A DNA stretch of 64,000 nucleotides from Deltaproteobacteria bacterium (GCA_033763315.1 JANRKS010000032.1:160001-224000); one strand, 5' to 3'; positions 29,773 through 39,839 are shown, numbered from the stretch's first letter. A program made the numbers and translations. Notes: a model not told the origin generated them from the sequence alone.

Positions 29773-31275
29773 TTAGGCAAGGTCCATTCGATGAAGGCGC
29801 GCGCCGTCCCGTTCGTCCTCACGTAAGCGGCGTCGCAGCACTTTGCCTCGGTCGTTACGGGGCAGCTCTGGCAACGACACCCAGCTTCTGGGCACTTTGT
29901 ATCCCAACAGGTGCTCGCGCGCGAAAGCCGCAAGCGTCTCGAACAACGCCTGGTCATCCACAGCCGGGGGCTCCAGCACCACGAACGCCCGCGGCTTCAC
30001 AAGCCCATGTTCGTCGGCGTGTGCCACCACCGCGCAATCCTTGATCGCGGGATGCTGGCGCAACACCGCCTCCACTTCCAACGGCGACACATAAAGACCC
30101 GCCACCTTCATCAGGTCGTCGCTGCGCCCCTCGTAATGGTGATAGCCGTCAGCGGTTTTGCGAAACATGTCACCCGTGACCACCCATCCGCCCGGCAAAA
30201 ACACACGCGCCGTGCGTGCTGGATCATCGTGATAACCCACGCCCGCCGAAGGCCCGCGCACCCACAGCAAACCCACATCCCCCGGTGCCACATCCGCACC
30301 GTCTTCTCCCACCACGCGTGTCTCGTAGCCTGGCACCACGCGCCCCAAACACGCCGGACGCACATCGTCGGGCCGGTTGGTGATGTACACGTGGAACATT
30401 TCGGCCGAGCCGATGCCATCCAATAAAGGTGCCGCGTGTTGCGCTTGCCACTTCGCCAAAAGATCGGGCGGCAACGCTTCGCCCGCGGTCACCGCCAACC
30501 GAACGTGTGCGAGAGCCGACTGCTCTTGCGCGGGCAACGCCAAAAGCCGCGCTGTCATCGTGGGCACCGTACAAAAAATCGTGGGCTGGTATTTGGCCGC
30601 CAACGCCAACAGCTCAGGCGCGGGTGCACGTTGCGGGTAAAGCACGCAGCTGCCGCCGACCGCCAACGGAAACAGCAGGTTCATGCCGGTGGCGTAAGGA
30701 AAATGCAGCTTTGAAACCGCCATTGTGCGGTCGTGCTCCGTCAGCCCCAACACACCCTTCGCATAGATCTCGATGTGCGCGATGAAGTCGCCGTGCCGAT
30801 GCATCGCCGCCTTGGCATCGCCCGTTGATCCCGAGGTCAGCAGCCAAAACGCATGTGCGTCGGCTGTGATGGCTTGCGCGTGCGGCAACGGAACGGCTTG
30901 CCCCACATCATGGCGCCAGCGGGGCAAGGCTTGCGTGTCCACCACCACGCGGGCACCTACGTAGGCGGCCACGTCGGCCACGTTCGTGGCCTCAGGATTC
31001 ATCATCACCACCACGCCACCGGCCGCCAGCGTGCCAAACAACACGGCCACGAAGTCAACGCCATCGGGCAGCGCCAACAGCACGCGATCGCCCGTTCGCA
31101 ACCCACGCTGTCTGAGCACGGCGGCGGCGCTCAAGGCGTGCCGCCACACCTGCGCATAAGTGACGTGGCCTTCGGGGGTCACCAACGCCACAGCGTTGCC
31201 ACGCCCCTGCCGCAGGCGTTGGCCAACCACGTAATCGGCCAGATTTATCGCAGCGTCGGTCATGCCCGCATTCAA
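29773..31275 (-). CDS. benzoate-CoA ligase-family AMP-dependent ligase
   Basis: TSGSTGDAK, AGEALP, DGIGSAE, TGD, GRSDDLMKV, GKVLR; start may be ATG 31263. Confidence 0.85.
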   Translation of the reverse strand: MNAGMTDAAINLADYVVGQRLRQGRGNAVALVTPEGHVTYAQVWRHALSAAAVLRQRGLRTGDRVLLALPDGVDFVAVLFGTLAAGGVVVMMNPEATNVADVAAYVGARVVVDTQALPRWRHDVGQAVPLPHAQAITADAHAFWLLTSGSTGDAKAAMHRHGDFIAHIEIYAKGVLGLTEHDRTMAVSKLHFPYATGMNLLFPLAVGGSCVLYPQRAPAPELLALAAKYQPTIFCTVPTMTARLLALPAQEQSALAHVRLAVTAGEALPPDLLAKWQAQHAAPLLDGIGSAEMFHVYITNRPDDVRPACLGRVVPGYETRVVGEDGADVAPGDVGLLWVRGPSAGVGYHDDPARTARVFLPGGWVVTGDMFRKTADGYHHYEGRSDDLMKVAGLYVSPLEVEAVLRQHPAIKDCAVVAHADEHGLVKPRAFVVLEPPAVDDQALFETLAAFAREHLLGYKVPRSWVSLPELPRNDRGKVLRRRLREDERDGARLHRMDLA

Positions 31276-31589
31276 CGAATGCGCAGCCGTTCAACCGGCA
31301 CGCCGCCGATGAGATGGCTTTTCACGATTTCGTCCACATCCCCAGGCGTGACTTTGCCGTACCAAGTCTGCTCGGGATAAATGACCACCGTCACTCCGTG
31401 GTCGCATTGGTCCAGGCAGCCGGCGGCGTTCGCGCGCATCGTCGCCCGCAGATCGTTTTCATGCACGGCCTTCTTGAACGCATCCCGCACCTTTTCAGCG
31501 CCTTTGGTGGCGCAGCAGCCCTTAGGGTTGCCTGGGTCACGGCGGTTCGTGCAGATGAAGATGTGTCTTTCGAGGTGGGGCGTACCCAT
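31272..31589 (-). CDS. thioredoxin-like [2Fe-2S] ferredoxin
   Basis: HIFICTN, GCC, GCLDQC, VIYPE.TWY. Confidence 0.9.
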   Translation of the reverse strand: MGTPHLERHIFICTNRRDPGNPKGCCATKGAEKVRDAFKKAVHENDLRATMRANAAGCLDQCDHGVTVVIYPEQTWYGKVTPGDVDEIVKSHLIGGVPVERLRIR

Positions 31590-31627
31590 GCGGGCAGCCT
31601 AGCACCCGCGCGTTTGCTTCGTGGCGC

Positions 31628-32497
31628 TCAGAAGCGCAGCGCTTTGAGCGTTTTTGCCGAGCGCGTGGCGCAAGCCAGTTGATCTTCGGCTGGGTGGGGA
31701 TCCTCGCGCTCCCAGAAGAAGTGCTGTTCCCCTGGTTGCCCTTGCAGCGCCGCGAACACGCGGCCAAATGGTATGTCGCCATCGCCCACGCAAACCCGTG
31801 CCAGCTCGGGCACCGGCCCACGATCTTTGACGTGAAACAGGGCGAACCGGCCGGGATAGCGGGTCACGTATTGCACGGCGTCCTGGCCGCCTTTGTAGAT
31901 CCAGTAGATATCCAGCTCCATCGAAACCAACGCGGGATCGGTTTCGGTCAACACAGTGTCATAGGGGATCTGCCCCTCGGTCTGCGCGAACTCGATGTCG
32001 TGGTTGTGGTAGGCCAGCCGGAGCCCCTCCTTCTGCAGCGTGGCGCCCAGCTCGTTCAAGGTGCCGCCCAGCTGCTTCCAATCGGCGAGCTGTTTGTTGA
32101 GCCCCTTGTCTGCCCACGGCCAATAACAGGCGACGTACTTGTGGCCAAAGAAGTGCGCGTTTTCGATGATCTTGGGAAGATCATTTTTCAGTTGATACAT
32201 GGCCGCGCCGCTGGCCACCGGCACCAATCCCACGTCGCTGATCATCTGCTTGAAGTCAGCCGCCGGAACGCCCTTGGGCGGTCCGCTGAATTCCAGCTCC
32301 TTGAAGCCCTGATTGGCCAGGTGTTGCAAGGTGCCGCGCGGGTTCTCATTCAGTGCCCGGCTCACGCTGCCCAAGATGACGCCAAACGTTTGAAGGCGGC
32401 GTTTGGGTGCCTTGGGCTTGCCGTATGCCGGCCAATCCGCACATCCAGCCGCGACGGTGGCCACACTCTGCAACAACACGCGACGGCTGGTGTTCAT
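31628..32497 (-). CDS. xylose-isomerase-like TIM-barrel sugar isomerase, Tat lipoprotein
   Basis: SRRVLL and AAGC; YHNHDIEF, ELDIYW, HVKD. Confidence 0.87.
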   Translation of the reverse strand: MNTSRRVLLQSVATVAAGCADWPAYGKPKAPKRRLQTFGVILGSVSRALNENPRGTLQHLANQGFKELEFSGPPKGVPAADFKQMISDVGLVPVASGAAMYQLKNDLPKIIENAHFFGHKYVACYWPWADKGLNKQLADWKQLGGTLNELGATLQKEGLRLAYHNHDIEFAQTEGQIPYDTVLTETDPALVSMELDIYWIYKGGQDAVQYVTRYPGRFALFHVKDRGPVPELARVCVGDGDIPFGRVFAALQGQPGEQHFFWEREDPHPAEDQLACATRSAKTLKALRF

Positions 32498-32515
32498 GAA
32501 CTTCCTTGCTGCGGG

Positions 32516-33232
32516 CTAGCCTTTGATGCTGGCCTTCTTGATAAAATCGAGCTTGGGAAAGGATTGCTTCAGATAGGCGTTGCCCTGCATCTGAATCATC
32601 ATTTGGTTGGGCGTTTCACCGTATTCCGACGTGATCTTGTCCACAACCTCCATGCCTTTGGTCACTTTGCCAAACGGCGCAAAACCCATGGCGTCAAGGA
32701 ACGCGTTGTCTTTGAGGTTGATGAACAGCTGGGTCGTGCGTGTGTCGGGGCCTGCCGTGGCGAACACGATGTTGCCGCGCTTGTTGGTGTCTTTGACGGG
32801 ATCGTCTTTAATGTGCGCCTCGCGCCAAACGCCATTGACGGCCGGATCGGCGTGCAATCCCCACTGCACCACGAAGCCTGGGGCAACGCGGAAGAAACGG
32901 TTCTCATCATAAAATCCGCTTTTCACGAGGTTAAAGAAGCGATCGGCTCCCTGGGGCGCCAACTCACGTGACACCTCCACCTCGAACGTGCCTGCCGAAG
33001 TATCGAATGTGGCGGTGAACTTCGCCGGCGCCGTTTCGGTCAACTTCGCCGGATCCAAGGCTCCCGCAGACGAGCCCGCAGCAACTTCGGGCTTGGGCGC
33101 TTCGGGTTTGGGTGGTGGCGGTTTCACCGCTTCAGTCTTCGCGGGCAAAGGCGGGGGAGGGGGGGCACTGGCCGGCTTGCACGCCACCACTGCAAAGGAA
33201 AGCACAAGGGCACCAAACGTCGTCGTTCGCAT
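32516..33232 (-). CDS. cyclophilin-type peptidyl-prolyl isomerase, lipoprotein
   Basis: VVAC lipobox; FFRV.PGFVVQWG, TTQLFINL.DN.FLD, FAPFGKV. Confidence 0.93.
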   Translation of the reverse strand: MRTTTFGALVLSFAVVACKPASAPPPPPLPAKTEAVKPPPPKPEAPKPEVAAGSSAGALDPAKLTETAPAKFTATFDTSAGTFEVEVSRELAPQGADRFFNLVKSGFYDENRFFRVAPGFVVQWGLHADPAVNGVWREAHIKDDPVKDTNKRGNIVFATAGPDTRTTQLFINLKDNAFLDAMGFAPFGKVTKGMEVVDKITSEYGETPNQMMIQMQGNAYLKQSFPKLDFIKKASIKG

Positions 33233-33253
33233 GCCCGCAGGATACGCGACTGG

Positions 33254-35545
33254 CTAACGGTGGCCAAGCCGTCGGCGTAAGGCCCACTCAGAACACAAAA
33301 AGCCGATCGCCAGCAGCAACAAAAGCGGGTTGCCACCCAGCTCAATCGCCCGTTGTCGCCCCAAACGTTCTTCGCGCAGCGGTTTGAGCGGAAACGCTGC
33401 GAAGCCATTCTCCACGAACATGCCACCTGTTTGCTTCGCAAGTTCCGCAAGCACCGCTTTGCGCGCCACGATGTCTTCAAGCTCATGGCCTTCCGGGCGA
33501 ATCAACAACGTTTTGTCTTCCGTCACGGGGCGGCCATCCAAGGTGGCTTTCGCCGTCAATCGGTAAGCGCCCGTCGGTAAGTCGCCCAGATCCACCACGG
33601 CTTCACCGTCGGCATTTGTGCGCAAGGGCCACGTTTTGACGGGAGGCTCTTCGGGTTGTTGTGCGGCCGTGCGCACTTGCAGCTCAACATCGACGTCTGC
33701 CGCTCGGGTGTAGTCCGCGTGCAACGTGCGCACGCGCGCGCCGATGGCTTGGCCCTTGCGATACTCCACCCGATCCATTTCCAAGCGCAGCAAGGTGAGC
33801 GCTGGATCGCGCACCAACCAGCGGATGGCGTTTTCCCAGAACGTCTGAAACGCTCGTCCATCGCCCTTGTTGCCGGCGTCAACGAAGCCCCATTGCCAGG
33901 CCGAATCCGTCATGAGGGCCATGGTGCGCCCTTTGCCCATGTCCGCCACCGCCAACACGGGCGCGGGTGTGCCGTCTTGCGCTTTGAACTTTGGGTGCTC
34001 AAGCAAGGCCGATGCACCAGGCTGCAAACGCGAGACGCGGTTTAAGCCCTCGATGTTTGGCAGCGCGCCCCAGCGGTGTTCGTTCGCTTTGGGATCGATG
34101 CTCAAGGATGTGATGGGGTGCCCCAGGCCCTGTTGTGTAAGCCGCGGTCGATATTTGTCGTCCGAAAACGACGCCTCGGCGCTCATGGGCACGCCATCGA
34201 GCGAAACAGGAAGCACATCGGCCAAAGCGCTGACGCCATATAGGCCGCCCGCAAACGAGAGATCTCCACCCACCATCGCCAAGGCGCCACCACCCAAAAC
34301 ATAGTCGCGCACGCCCGGCAAATAGTCTTTCACCTTGTAAGGCTCGTAATTGAAGTTCTGAAAGATCAACAGATCGAACGAACCCAGCTGCTCGTAAAAC
34401 ACCTCGCGGTGTGGAAACGGGATGAGCGACATCGCCCGCCGATCGTCTATCGGGTGCTCATCCTGTTCCGTGCGCAAGATGAAGAACGAAACGAGATCTA
34501 CGTTGGGGTTTAGGCGTAGCAGCGAACGCACAAAACGCTGATCCCATGACGGCCGACCCGCCACGTGCAGCACGCGCACGCGATCGCGAATCACTTTGAG
34601 CGCGAAGGTTTGTTTGTTGTTCTCGGCCAACGCTTCACCACCCAACACAGGTGTTGCCACCTCAAACACGAAGTTGCCCGGCTGCTGCGGCGTGAACGGG
34701 AAGCTGACTTTTGTTTCGCCGCGATCGCCCGTTAGTTCCACCGTATGAGAATCCAACAGACGGCCATCCCGTGTCAGCGTTACCTCCACTTTGCGGCCAC
34801 CAAGGCCCGTGTGACGAACCACGGCTTCAAGCGCGATGGGTGTGCGCACGAACGCAAAGTCATCCGCCAGCACCGTGGCCACCGAAAGATCTTTAACGGT
34901 GGATTCACCGACCCACACCGTATGTATGGGCGCCCCCAGAGCCTTCGCTGCGCGCAGCGTATCGGCGTCAAGTGGGCCGTTTCCCACGCGGCCCGTGTCG
35001 ATGCCATCAGAGATCAGCACAACGCCGCCCAAATCGCGGCCCGCATAACGGCCTTGCAGATCCGTCAACGCCTCGCCGATGCGCGTGGCATCCACGGGGC
35101 TTGCCGCGCGCAGGCTGGCCAGGCTCGCGGGGGCCAACCCCTCGCCAAACGAGTACAAATCCAAGCGGTGGCCAAAGCTTCGCCACTGGTCCATTTGGCC
35201 GCTTGATCCGTCCAAGATCTTCATCATGCGATCGTGCCGCGAGCCACCACCTTGAGGTGGGCTGACGGTCATCGAGCGCGACACGTCCGTCAGCACCGCC
35301 ACGTGGTTGGGCACGCGCGTGATGCGGCGCAATTCTAACGTGGGCTCAAGCGCCACCATCAAACACGCAGCCACCGCTCCCGCGCGCAACGCGAGTAAGG
35401 TCCACCGCCGTTGGGGCCGGGCCCCACGCCACAAAGCGATCGCCGAGATCGCGATCGTGAGCACAGCGCAAGCCACCAGAAGCCACACCATGCGCGACGA
35501 TAAGTGGCCGCCCAAGGCGACGCGCCAATCTGAAAACGTGCGCAT
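33254..35545 (-). CDS. membrane protein with VWA and glutamine-amidotransferase-like domains
   Basis: N-terminal TMs; DVSRS MIDAS-like; LISDG; GGALAMVGG; GKGR; C-terminal EWALRRR. Confidence 0.8.
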   Translation of the reverse strand: MRTFSDWRVALGGHLSSRMVWLLVACAVLTIAISAIALWRGARPQRRWTLLALRAGAVAACLMVALEPTLELRRITRVPNHVAVLTDVSRSMTVSPPQGGGSRHDRMMKILDGSSGQMDQWRSFGHRLDLYSFGEGLAPASLASLRAASPVDATRIGEALTDLQGRYAGRDLGGVVLISDGIDTGRVGNGPLDADTLRAAKALGAPIHTVWVGESTVKDLSVATVLADDFAFVRTPIALEAVVRHTGLGGRKVEVTLTRDGRLLDSHTVELTGDRGETKVSFPFTPQQPGNFVFEVATPVLGGEALAENNKQTFALKVIRDRVRVLHVAGRPSWDQRFVRSLLRLNPNVDLVSFFILRTEQDEHPIDDRRAMSLIPFPHREVFYEQLGSFDLLIFQNFNYEPYKVKDYLPGVRDYVLGGGALAMVGGDLSFAGGLYGVSALADVLPVSLDGVPMSAEASFSDDKYRPRLTQQGLGHPITSLSIDPKANEHRWGALPNIEGLNRVSRLQPGASALLEHPKFKAQDGTPAPVLAVADMGKGRTMALMTDSAWQWGFVDAGNKGDGRAFQTFWENAIRWLVRDPALTLLRLEMDRVEYRKGQAIGARVRTLHADYTRAADVDVELQVRTAAQQPEEPPVKTWPLRTNADGEAVVDLGDLPTGAYRLTAKATLDGRPVTEDKTLLIRPEGHELEDIVARKAVLAELAKQTGGMFVENGFAAFPLKPLREERLGRQRAIELGGNPLLLLLAIGFLCSEWALRRRLGHR

Positions 35546-36352
35546 CTAGAAACGCGATCTCCGCGAGCGCAAGATGAACTCGATGTGTGCTTGCTCTTCC
35601 TTATAGTCCAAGCACAACGCATACATCGTGACGTTGACAGCCAGACGATGCGCGTATTCTCGTTGCGTGTCCCCTCCCGGAATCACTTCGTGTTCGTAGC
35701 GGCCAAAGCCATCGCGCGCCAAGGCCCCACACAAATCGTTTTGGCTATAAAGCACGGCGATGCGTTTGTCGCGCTCCACAGCTTCAAGGTAGGGCGCCGC
35801 CATGATGCGGCCCGCAGGAGCGTGCAGCAGGTAAAACGTTTTCCACAACACGTGATCGTCGCTCACACGCTTGGGCAGGTCGCTGGGCAGCAGGCGCGCC
35901 AAAAGCTTGCGCACGCAATCGTCAAACGCCCCGCCCGCGCGCCCTTCGGCCGAATCGATCAACAAGAAGCCGCCAAAGGTCAGGTAGCGTCGCAGGCGAA
36001 TCACATCAGCGTCCGCCGGTGGCGTGAACGCTTGGTCGCCGCTGAGCACGAGCATTGGGTACTTGAACAAATCTGGATCCGCCGCGCGCACCGAGGCGGG
36101 TTCCGTTTCAGGTTCAAGACTGGTGCGTGCCTCCAACTCCCACGCCCAGCGCTTCAATGCCGAGGGCCGCGGATCGGGTAGGCCGCCCAGCACCAACCGC
36201 GCCAAACGGAACCGCGCCTGGGCCGCCCGCGCTGGCCTCGTTTTGACCAAAACAGCCGCGCCCACACCTGCACTCAGCCCGGCCAGGAGGTGGCGCCGCT
36301 TGGGCAGGGCGAGCCCGGCGGCCGCCCCGAATGCGTGTTGGTCGTCACTCAC
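35546..36352 (-). CDS. DUF4159-family protein (possible Tat signal)
   Basis: KRRHLL; LFKYPML; LRRYL.FGGFLLID; YSQNDL; NVTMYAL. Confidence 0.85.
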   Translation of the reverse strand: MSDDQHAFGAAAGLALPKRRHLLAGLSAGVGAAVLVKTRPARAAQARFRLARLVLGGLPDPRPSALKRWAWELEARTSLEPETEPASVRAADPDLFKYPMLVLSGDQAFTPPADADVIRLRRYLTFGGFLLIDSAEGRAGGAFDDCVRKLLARLLPSDLPKRVSDDHVLWKTFYLLHAPAGRIMAAPYLEAVERDKRIAVLYSQNDLCGALARDGFGRYEHEVIPGGDTQREYAHRLAVNVTMYALCLDYKEEQAHIEFILRSRRSRF

Positions 36353-36393
36353 AGTGGAAAATCTCTCCGCGCCGGTCGATACTCGCGGCAGCC

Positions 36394-37122
36394 ATGGTCC
36401 GCAAACACTCCGGTGCCTCTTTTACATCGTTCCTGGTTTCGTGCTCGGGCCACATCGCCCGTGGTCGCGTGCTGAGTATGGCGCTTGTGGGCGCGCTCGT
36501 CGCCCCCCTGATTGCGCAGGCGCCGGCGCACGCGCAGTCAACCCCCGCGCCCGAGGTGCAACCCGTCAGCGGTGAAAGTTCCATCTCGCCGGCCCCTGCT
36601 CCCGAGTGGGGCCCCTCGTTCCATCACAAAGGCCAGTTCGGCATTTCGATCATGCCAGGGTCGGGCTACCGCATGATTGTGCCTTATGAAGACGGCATCG
36701 ACTGCGGTGATGCGGAATCTTCAGGAAAACGCGTTTGCACCGCACGCAGCCCCACATTTATCGATGCGGAGCTTTCCTACGGCATCACAACGCGTCTTGA
36801 TCTGGTGGCGGCCGCCCGGTTCGGGCTCGAAAAGGATTTCACCCGCACAAGGCAGTTCGCGGTGATGCCCGGCCTGCGCATTTGGCTGGATCAAGACGAG
36901 GCGCTCAAGTTCTTCACCATGTTGCAGGCCGTGTTCGACAGCACGGACCAGAAGAACACGGTTTCAAAATCCGATTATGGCGCCCGTGTGGGCTTGGGCT
37001 TCATGTACGATCCCATTCGCAATCTGGGTTTCTACGCCCAGTTGGGCGCGACCTTCGGGTTCAAGCGCTGGTTCCGCATCGAGGCCGACATGGGCGCGGG
37101 CGTTCAGGTGCGGTTCCCGTAA
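36394..37122 (+). CDS. putative outer-membrane beta-barrel protein
   Basis: Signal peptide AHA|Q; amphipathic strands; C-terminal GVQVRFP; start uncertain. Confidence 0.7.
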   Translation: MVRKHSGASFTSFLVSCSGHIARGRVLSMALVGALVAPLIAQAPAHAQSTPAPEVQPVSGESSISPAPAPEWGPSFHHKGQFGISIMPGSGYRMIVPYEDGIDCGDAESSGKRVCTARSPTFIDAELSYGITTRLDLVAAARFGLEKDFTRTRQFAVMPGLRIWLDQDEALKFFTMLQAVFDSTDQKNTVSKSDYGARVGLGFMYDPIRNLGFYAQLGATFGFKRWFRIEADMGAGVQVRFP

Positions 37123-37133
37123 CCCGCAGGCCG

Positions 37134-37817
37134 CTAGCCCTGCTCGTTGGGCGAGCTCTTACGAACGATGGGTGGCGTTTGTCCTGGCGCTTCCTTTTGC
37201 GCGGCACAGGCGCGGTGGCGGCGCCTCTGTTTCGTCAGCTTGATCGCGATCACCGCGCCCACCACGATGAAGATGCCCATGATTCCGTACTCTGACCGCC
37301 GCGACCAAGCGATGACGTGGTCGATGTGATCGCCGAAGTAGTAGGCCAGATACACCAGGGCAGGCACCGAGACGATGGAGGCCAGCGTGTCGTAAACGAC
37401 GAACACCGTCGGCCTTACGCGCAGCATGCCCGCCGAAAAAAAGATCGAGAATCGCAGCCCGGGCAAGAACCTGGCGATGAAAATCACTTTGCTGCCAAAC
37501 TTGCGGAAGTAGGCCCGCACCCGCCGCTGTTTGCGCGGCGTGAAGTACCGTTGCGTGCTTTTCCAGCGCAAGATCGCTTGGCCGAAACGCCAGCCCATGC
37601 CGAAGGCCAACCCATCGCCGACGAGCACGGCCGCCAAGCAGAGGGTGAACACCGTGTGCACATCAACCACACCCCGGTGTGCCAGGTAGCCCGCACAGAT
37701 CAGCGAGATGTCCTCGGGAAAGGGCAATCCGAGGCCACAAAGCAGCAGTATCCCCCCAAGTGTCCAGTAGACAGAGCTGGCGGACAGGGTGGACAGGTGG
37801 TTGATTAACCAATCCAT
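37134..37817 (-). CDS. DedA-family membrane protein
   Basis: GLPFPED, GD, FIARFLPGLR, AG. Confidence 0.92.
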   Translation of the reverse strand: MDWLINHLSTLSASSVYWTLGGILLLCGLGLPFPEDISLICAGYLAHRGVVDVHTVFTLCLAAVLVGDGLAFGMGWRFGQAILRWKSTQRYFTPRKQRRVRAYFRKFGSKVIFIARFLPGLRFSIFFSAGMLRVRPTVFVVYDTLASIVSVPALVYLAYYFGDHIDHVIAWSRRSEYGIMGIFIVVGAVIAIKLTKQRRRHRACAAQKEAPGQTPPIVRKSSPNEQG

Positions 37818-38047
37818 CTAGAACGAGAGTTAAACGCGGCCGGCGGAAAAACGAGAAAGCTGCAAGCAAACCGAGCCGCCCTCCTCTAGGCCCACCAGCA
37901 CAACCGACCAGATCGCCCCCGTAAGGGGCCCACGAAGGAAAAGACGGATCCCTTTCGGCATAGCACGACCCTCTCCGAGCCGGGAGGCGAATCGCCCAAC
38001 CCCTGAAAAACAGGCGGCCGGCGCGCCACATTCGCTTCCCCTATGTA

Positions 38048-38076
38048 TTGACACATCCGCGCGGTTCCCCTAGGTT
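38048..38076 (+). promoter_or_regulatory. sigma70 promoter of the pal-like/cpoB genes
   Basis: Perfect TTGACA, 17 nt, then TAGGTT; GAGGTG SD downstream. Confidence 0.7.
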
Positions 38077-38100
38077 TGGCCCGTCCCTGAGGTGGGAAAC

Positions 38101-38859
38101 ATGCGAAATTTCACTGCGACGCTGTCACTTGGTTTTCTCACGGTCGCTGCCTGGTTGACCCTGGCGGGCTGCAAGCCCGATTACCCTAGCTGCGAGTCCG
38201 ACAAGGATTGCAAGGAGAGCGAGTTCTGCGTTGAGCGTAAGTGCCAACAGTGCCGCAGCTCGAACGATTGCAAGCCGGGGTTTGAATGTAACGAAGGCAA
38301 GTGTGGCGCCATCGCCAATTACTGCACCGATAAGGCTCAATGCCCCGCTGGCCAAGAGTGCATCGCGAATCGTTGCCGTGCTTGTTCTGATGATGCCGAG
38401 TGTCCCTCGGGTCTGATCTGCCTCTCGGGCCAATGTGGCCCTCCCCAGTGCAAGACGGACGACGACTGTCCGCAAGACAAAGACTGTGTCAAAGGCCGTT
38501 GCCAAACGGTGGCCAGCAAGGCGGCAGGCGGACCTCCTTGTCCGCTTGCGCCCGTGTACTTCGGCTTTGATGACGCTGGGTTATCGAGCGAAGCCAGCAA
38601 CATCTTGGCGCAAAACGCCCAGTGCTTGAAGAAGGCGGATCGCCCTGTGAGCCTGGTGGGTCACGCCGATCCCCGCGGCACCGACGAATACAACTTGGCG
38701 CTCACCGACCGCCGCGCCCGTTCCGTGAAGGAATACCTTGAACGCCTGGGCATCCCTGGTGGCCGCTTGAACCCCCTTCCCCGCGGCTCCATTGATGCCA
38801 CGGGCACCGACGACGCCAGCTGGGCCCGCGATCGCCGCGTTGAGCTTCAGTGGCAATAG
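38101..38859 (+). CDS. Pal/OmpA-family peptidoglycan-binding lipoprotein with Cys-rich repeats
   Basis: LAGC lipobox; five C-x5-C-x5-C-x4-C repeats; YFGFD, GHADPRGTDEYNLAL, DRRVE. Confidence 0.9.
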   Translation: MRNFTATLSLGFLTVAAWLTLAGCKPDYPSCESDKDCKESEFCVERKCQQCRSSNDCKPGFECNEGKCGAIANYCTDKAQCPAGQECIANRCRACSDDAECPSGLICLSGQCGPPQCKTDDDCPQDKDCVKGRCQTVASKAAGGPPCPLAPVYFGFDDAGLSSEASNILAQNAQCLKKADRPVSLVGHADPRGTDEYNLALTDRRARSVKEYLERLGIPGGRLNPLPRGSIDATGTDDASWARDRRVELQWQ

Positions 38860-38934
38860 ATTGCCAGTTTGGTCCAGGAAGGGATGGGTAGGGTGACTGT
38901 TTCACCAAGACCACGTTCCGGCAAACTCCGCACA

Positions 38935-39750
38935 ATGGGGCGCCTTCTGTCCACCTGCATGGTGACGGGAAGCGCCCTTGCGCTTTTGTCGGGTTGTGTG
39001 ACCTCGGCCGAAGGCCACGCCATGAAGACAGAGACCGCTCGCCTCAAGGAGCGGCTCGACGCCATGGACAAGCGGTACACCGAGGCCAACCAGGCCATGG
39101 ATCGCATCCGCCAGGTCCTGGACGAGGCCACGGCGTTGCTGGCGCGCAACTCAGCCGATCTGGGCGCACAAGTGGAGCGTCAGGGCCAAGACGTGAACTT
39201 GGCGAAGGGCAAACTGGAAGAGCTCCGCTACCTGATCGAACAAATGCAAAAGCACGCCACCGATGTGCGCGTGGAGGAGCGTTTGGCGCAGCTAGAACAA
39301 AGCCAGCAGAAGATCGTGGACAAAGTGGCGCCCACGATGCCCGAAGACAAAGACGCTTTGTGGACCGAAGCCGTGGCCCGTCTGACCGAAGGCAACCGCA
39401 CCGAGGGCCGGCGATTCCTGCGCGAATTCCTCAAGCGTTTCCCGCAAGAACCCAAGGCACCTGAAGCGTATCTGCTGATTGGCAAATCGTTTGCTGAAGA
39501 GTCAAAGCACACGCAAGCGGCCGCCGAATATCAAAAGATTTTGGATTCATACCCCAAGTCGCCGCAGATCCCCGAAGCGATGTACCAGTTGGGCACCTCG
39601 TTCGTTGAGCTCAAATTCTGCGGTGATGCCGAAGCGATTTTCATGGATCTGCAGAAGCGCTTTAAGAAGTCTCCGCGGGCCGCAGACGCGCGCGCCCAGG
39701 TGAAGGCTGTGAAGCTGTTCGCCAAAGACAAAACGCGCTGCACGAGCTAG
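38935..39750 (+). CDS. CpoB/YbgF-like coiled-coil and TPR lipoprotein
   Basis: LSGC lipobox; coiled coil; three TPR motifs (FP...A, YPKS); follows the pal-like gene. Confidence 0.82.
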   Translation: MGRLLSTCMVTGSALALLSGCVTSAEGHAMKTETARLKERLDAMDKRYTEANQAMDRIRQVLDEATALLARNSADLGAQVERQGQDVNLAKGKLEELRYLIEQMQKHATDVRVEERLAQLEQSQQKIVDKVAPTMPEDKDALWTEAVARLTEGNRTEGRRFLREFLKRFPQEPKAPEAYLLIGKSFAEESKHTQAAAEYQKILDSYPKSPQIPEAMYQLGTSFVELKFCGDAEAIFMDLQKRFKKSPRAADARAQVKAVKLFAKDKTRCTS

Positions 39751-39766
39751 CCCGGGCCTGTGACGC

Positions 39767-39793
39767 AAAAGCCGCCGCTGTGTAGGCGGCGGC
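39767..39793. terminator. GC-rich hairpin after cpoB-like gene
   Basis: GCCGCCGC-7 nt-GCGGCGGC preceded by AAAA. Confidence 0.4.
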
Positions 39794-39799
39794 GGCGTT

Positions 39800-39839
39800 C
39801 TGTCAAACAGACTTCACCTGACCGTAACAGAACTGTTTC
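39800..39839 (+). promoter_or_regulatory. Pho-box-like tandem array upstream of phoB-like gene
   Basis: GTCAA/TTCAC/GTAAC/GTTTC at 39802/39813/39824/39835 (exact 11-bp period), starting CTGTCA. Confidence 0.6.

Noticed and set aside
37830-38040. Several short hairpins in the dedA/pal divergent region (possible 6S or SRP RNA)
   Set aside because: No SRP loop motif or long 6S-like rod recognised; short stems are expected at this GC content.
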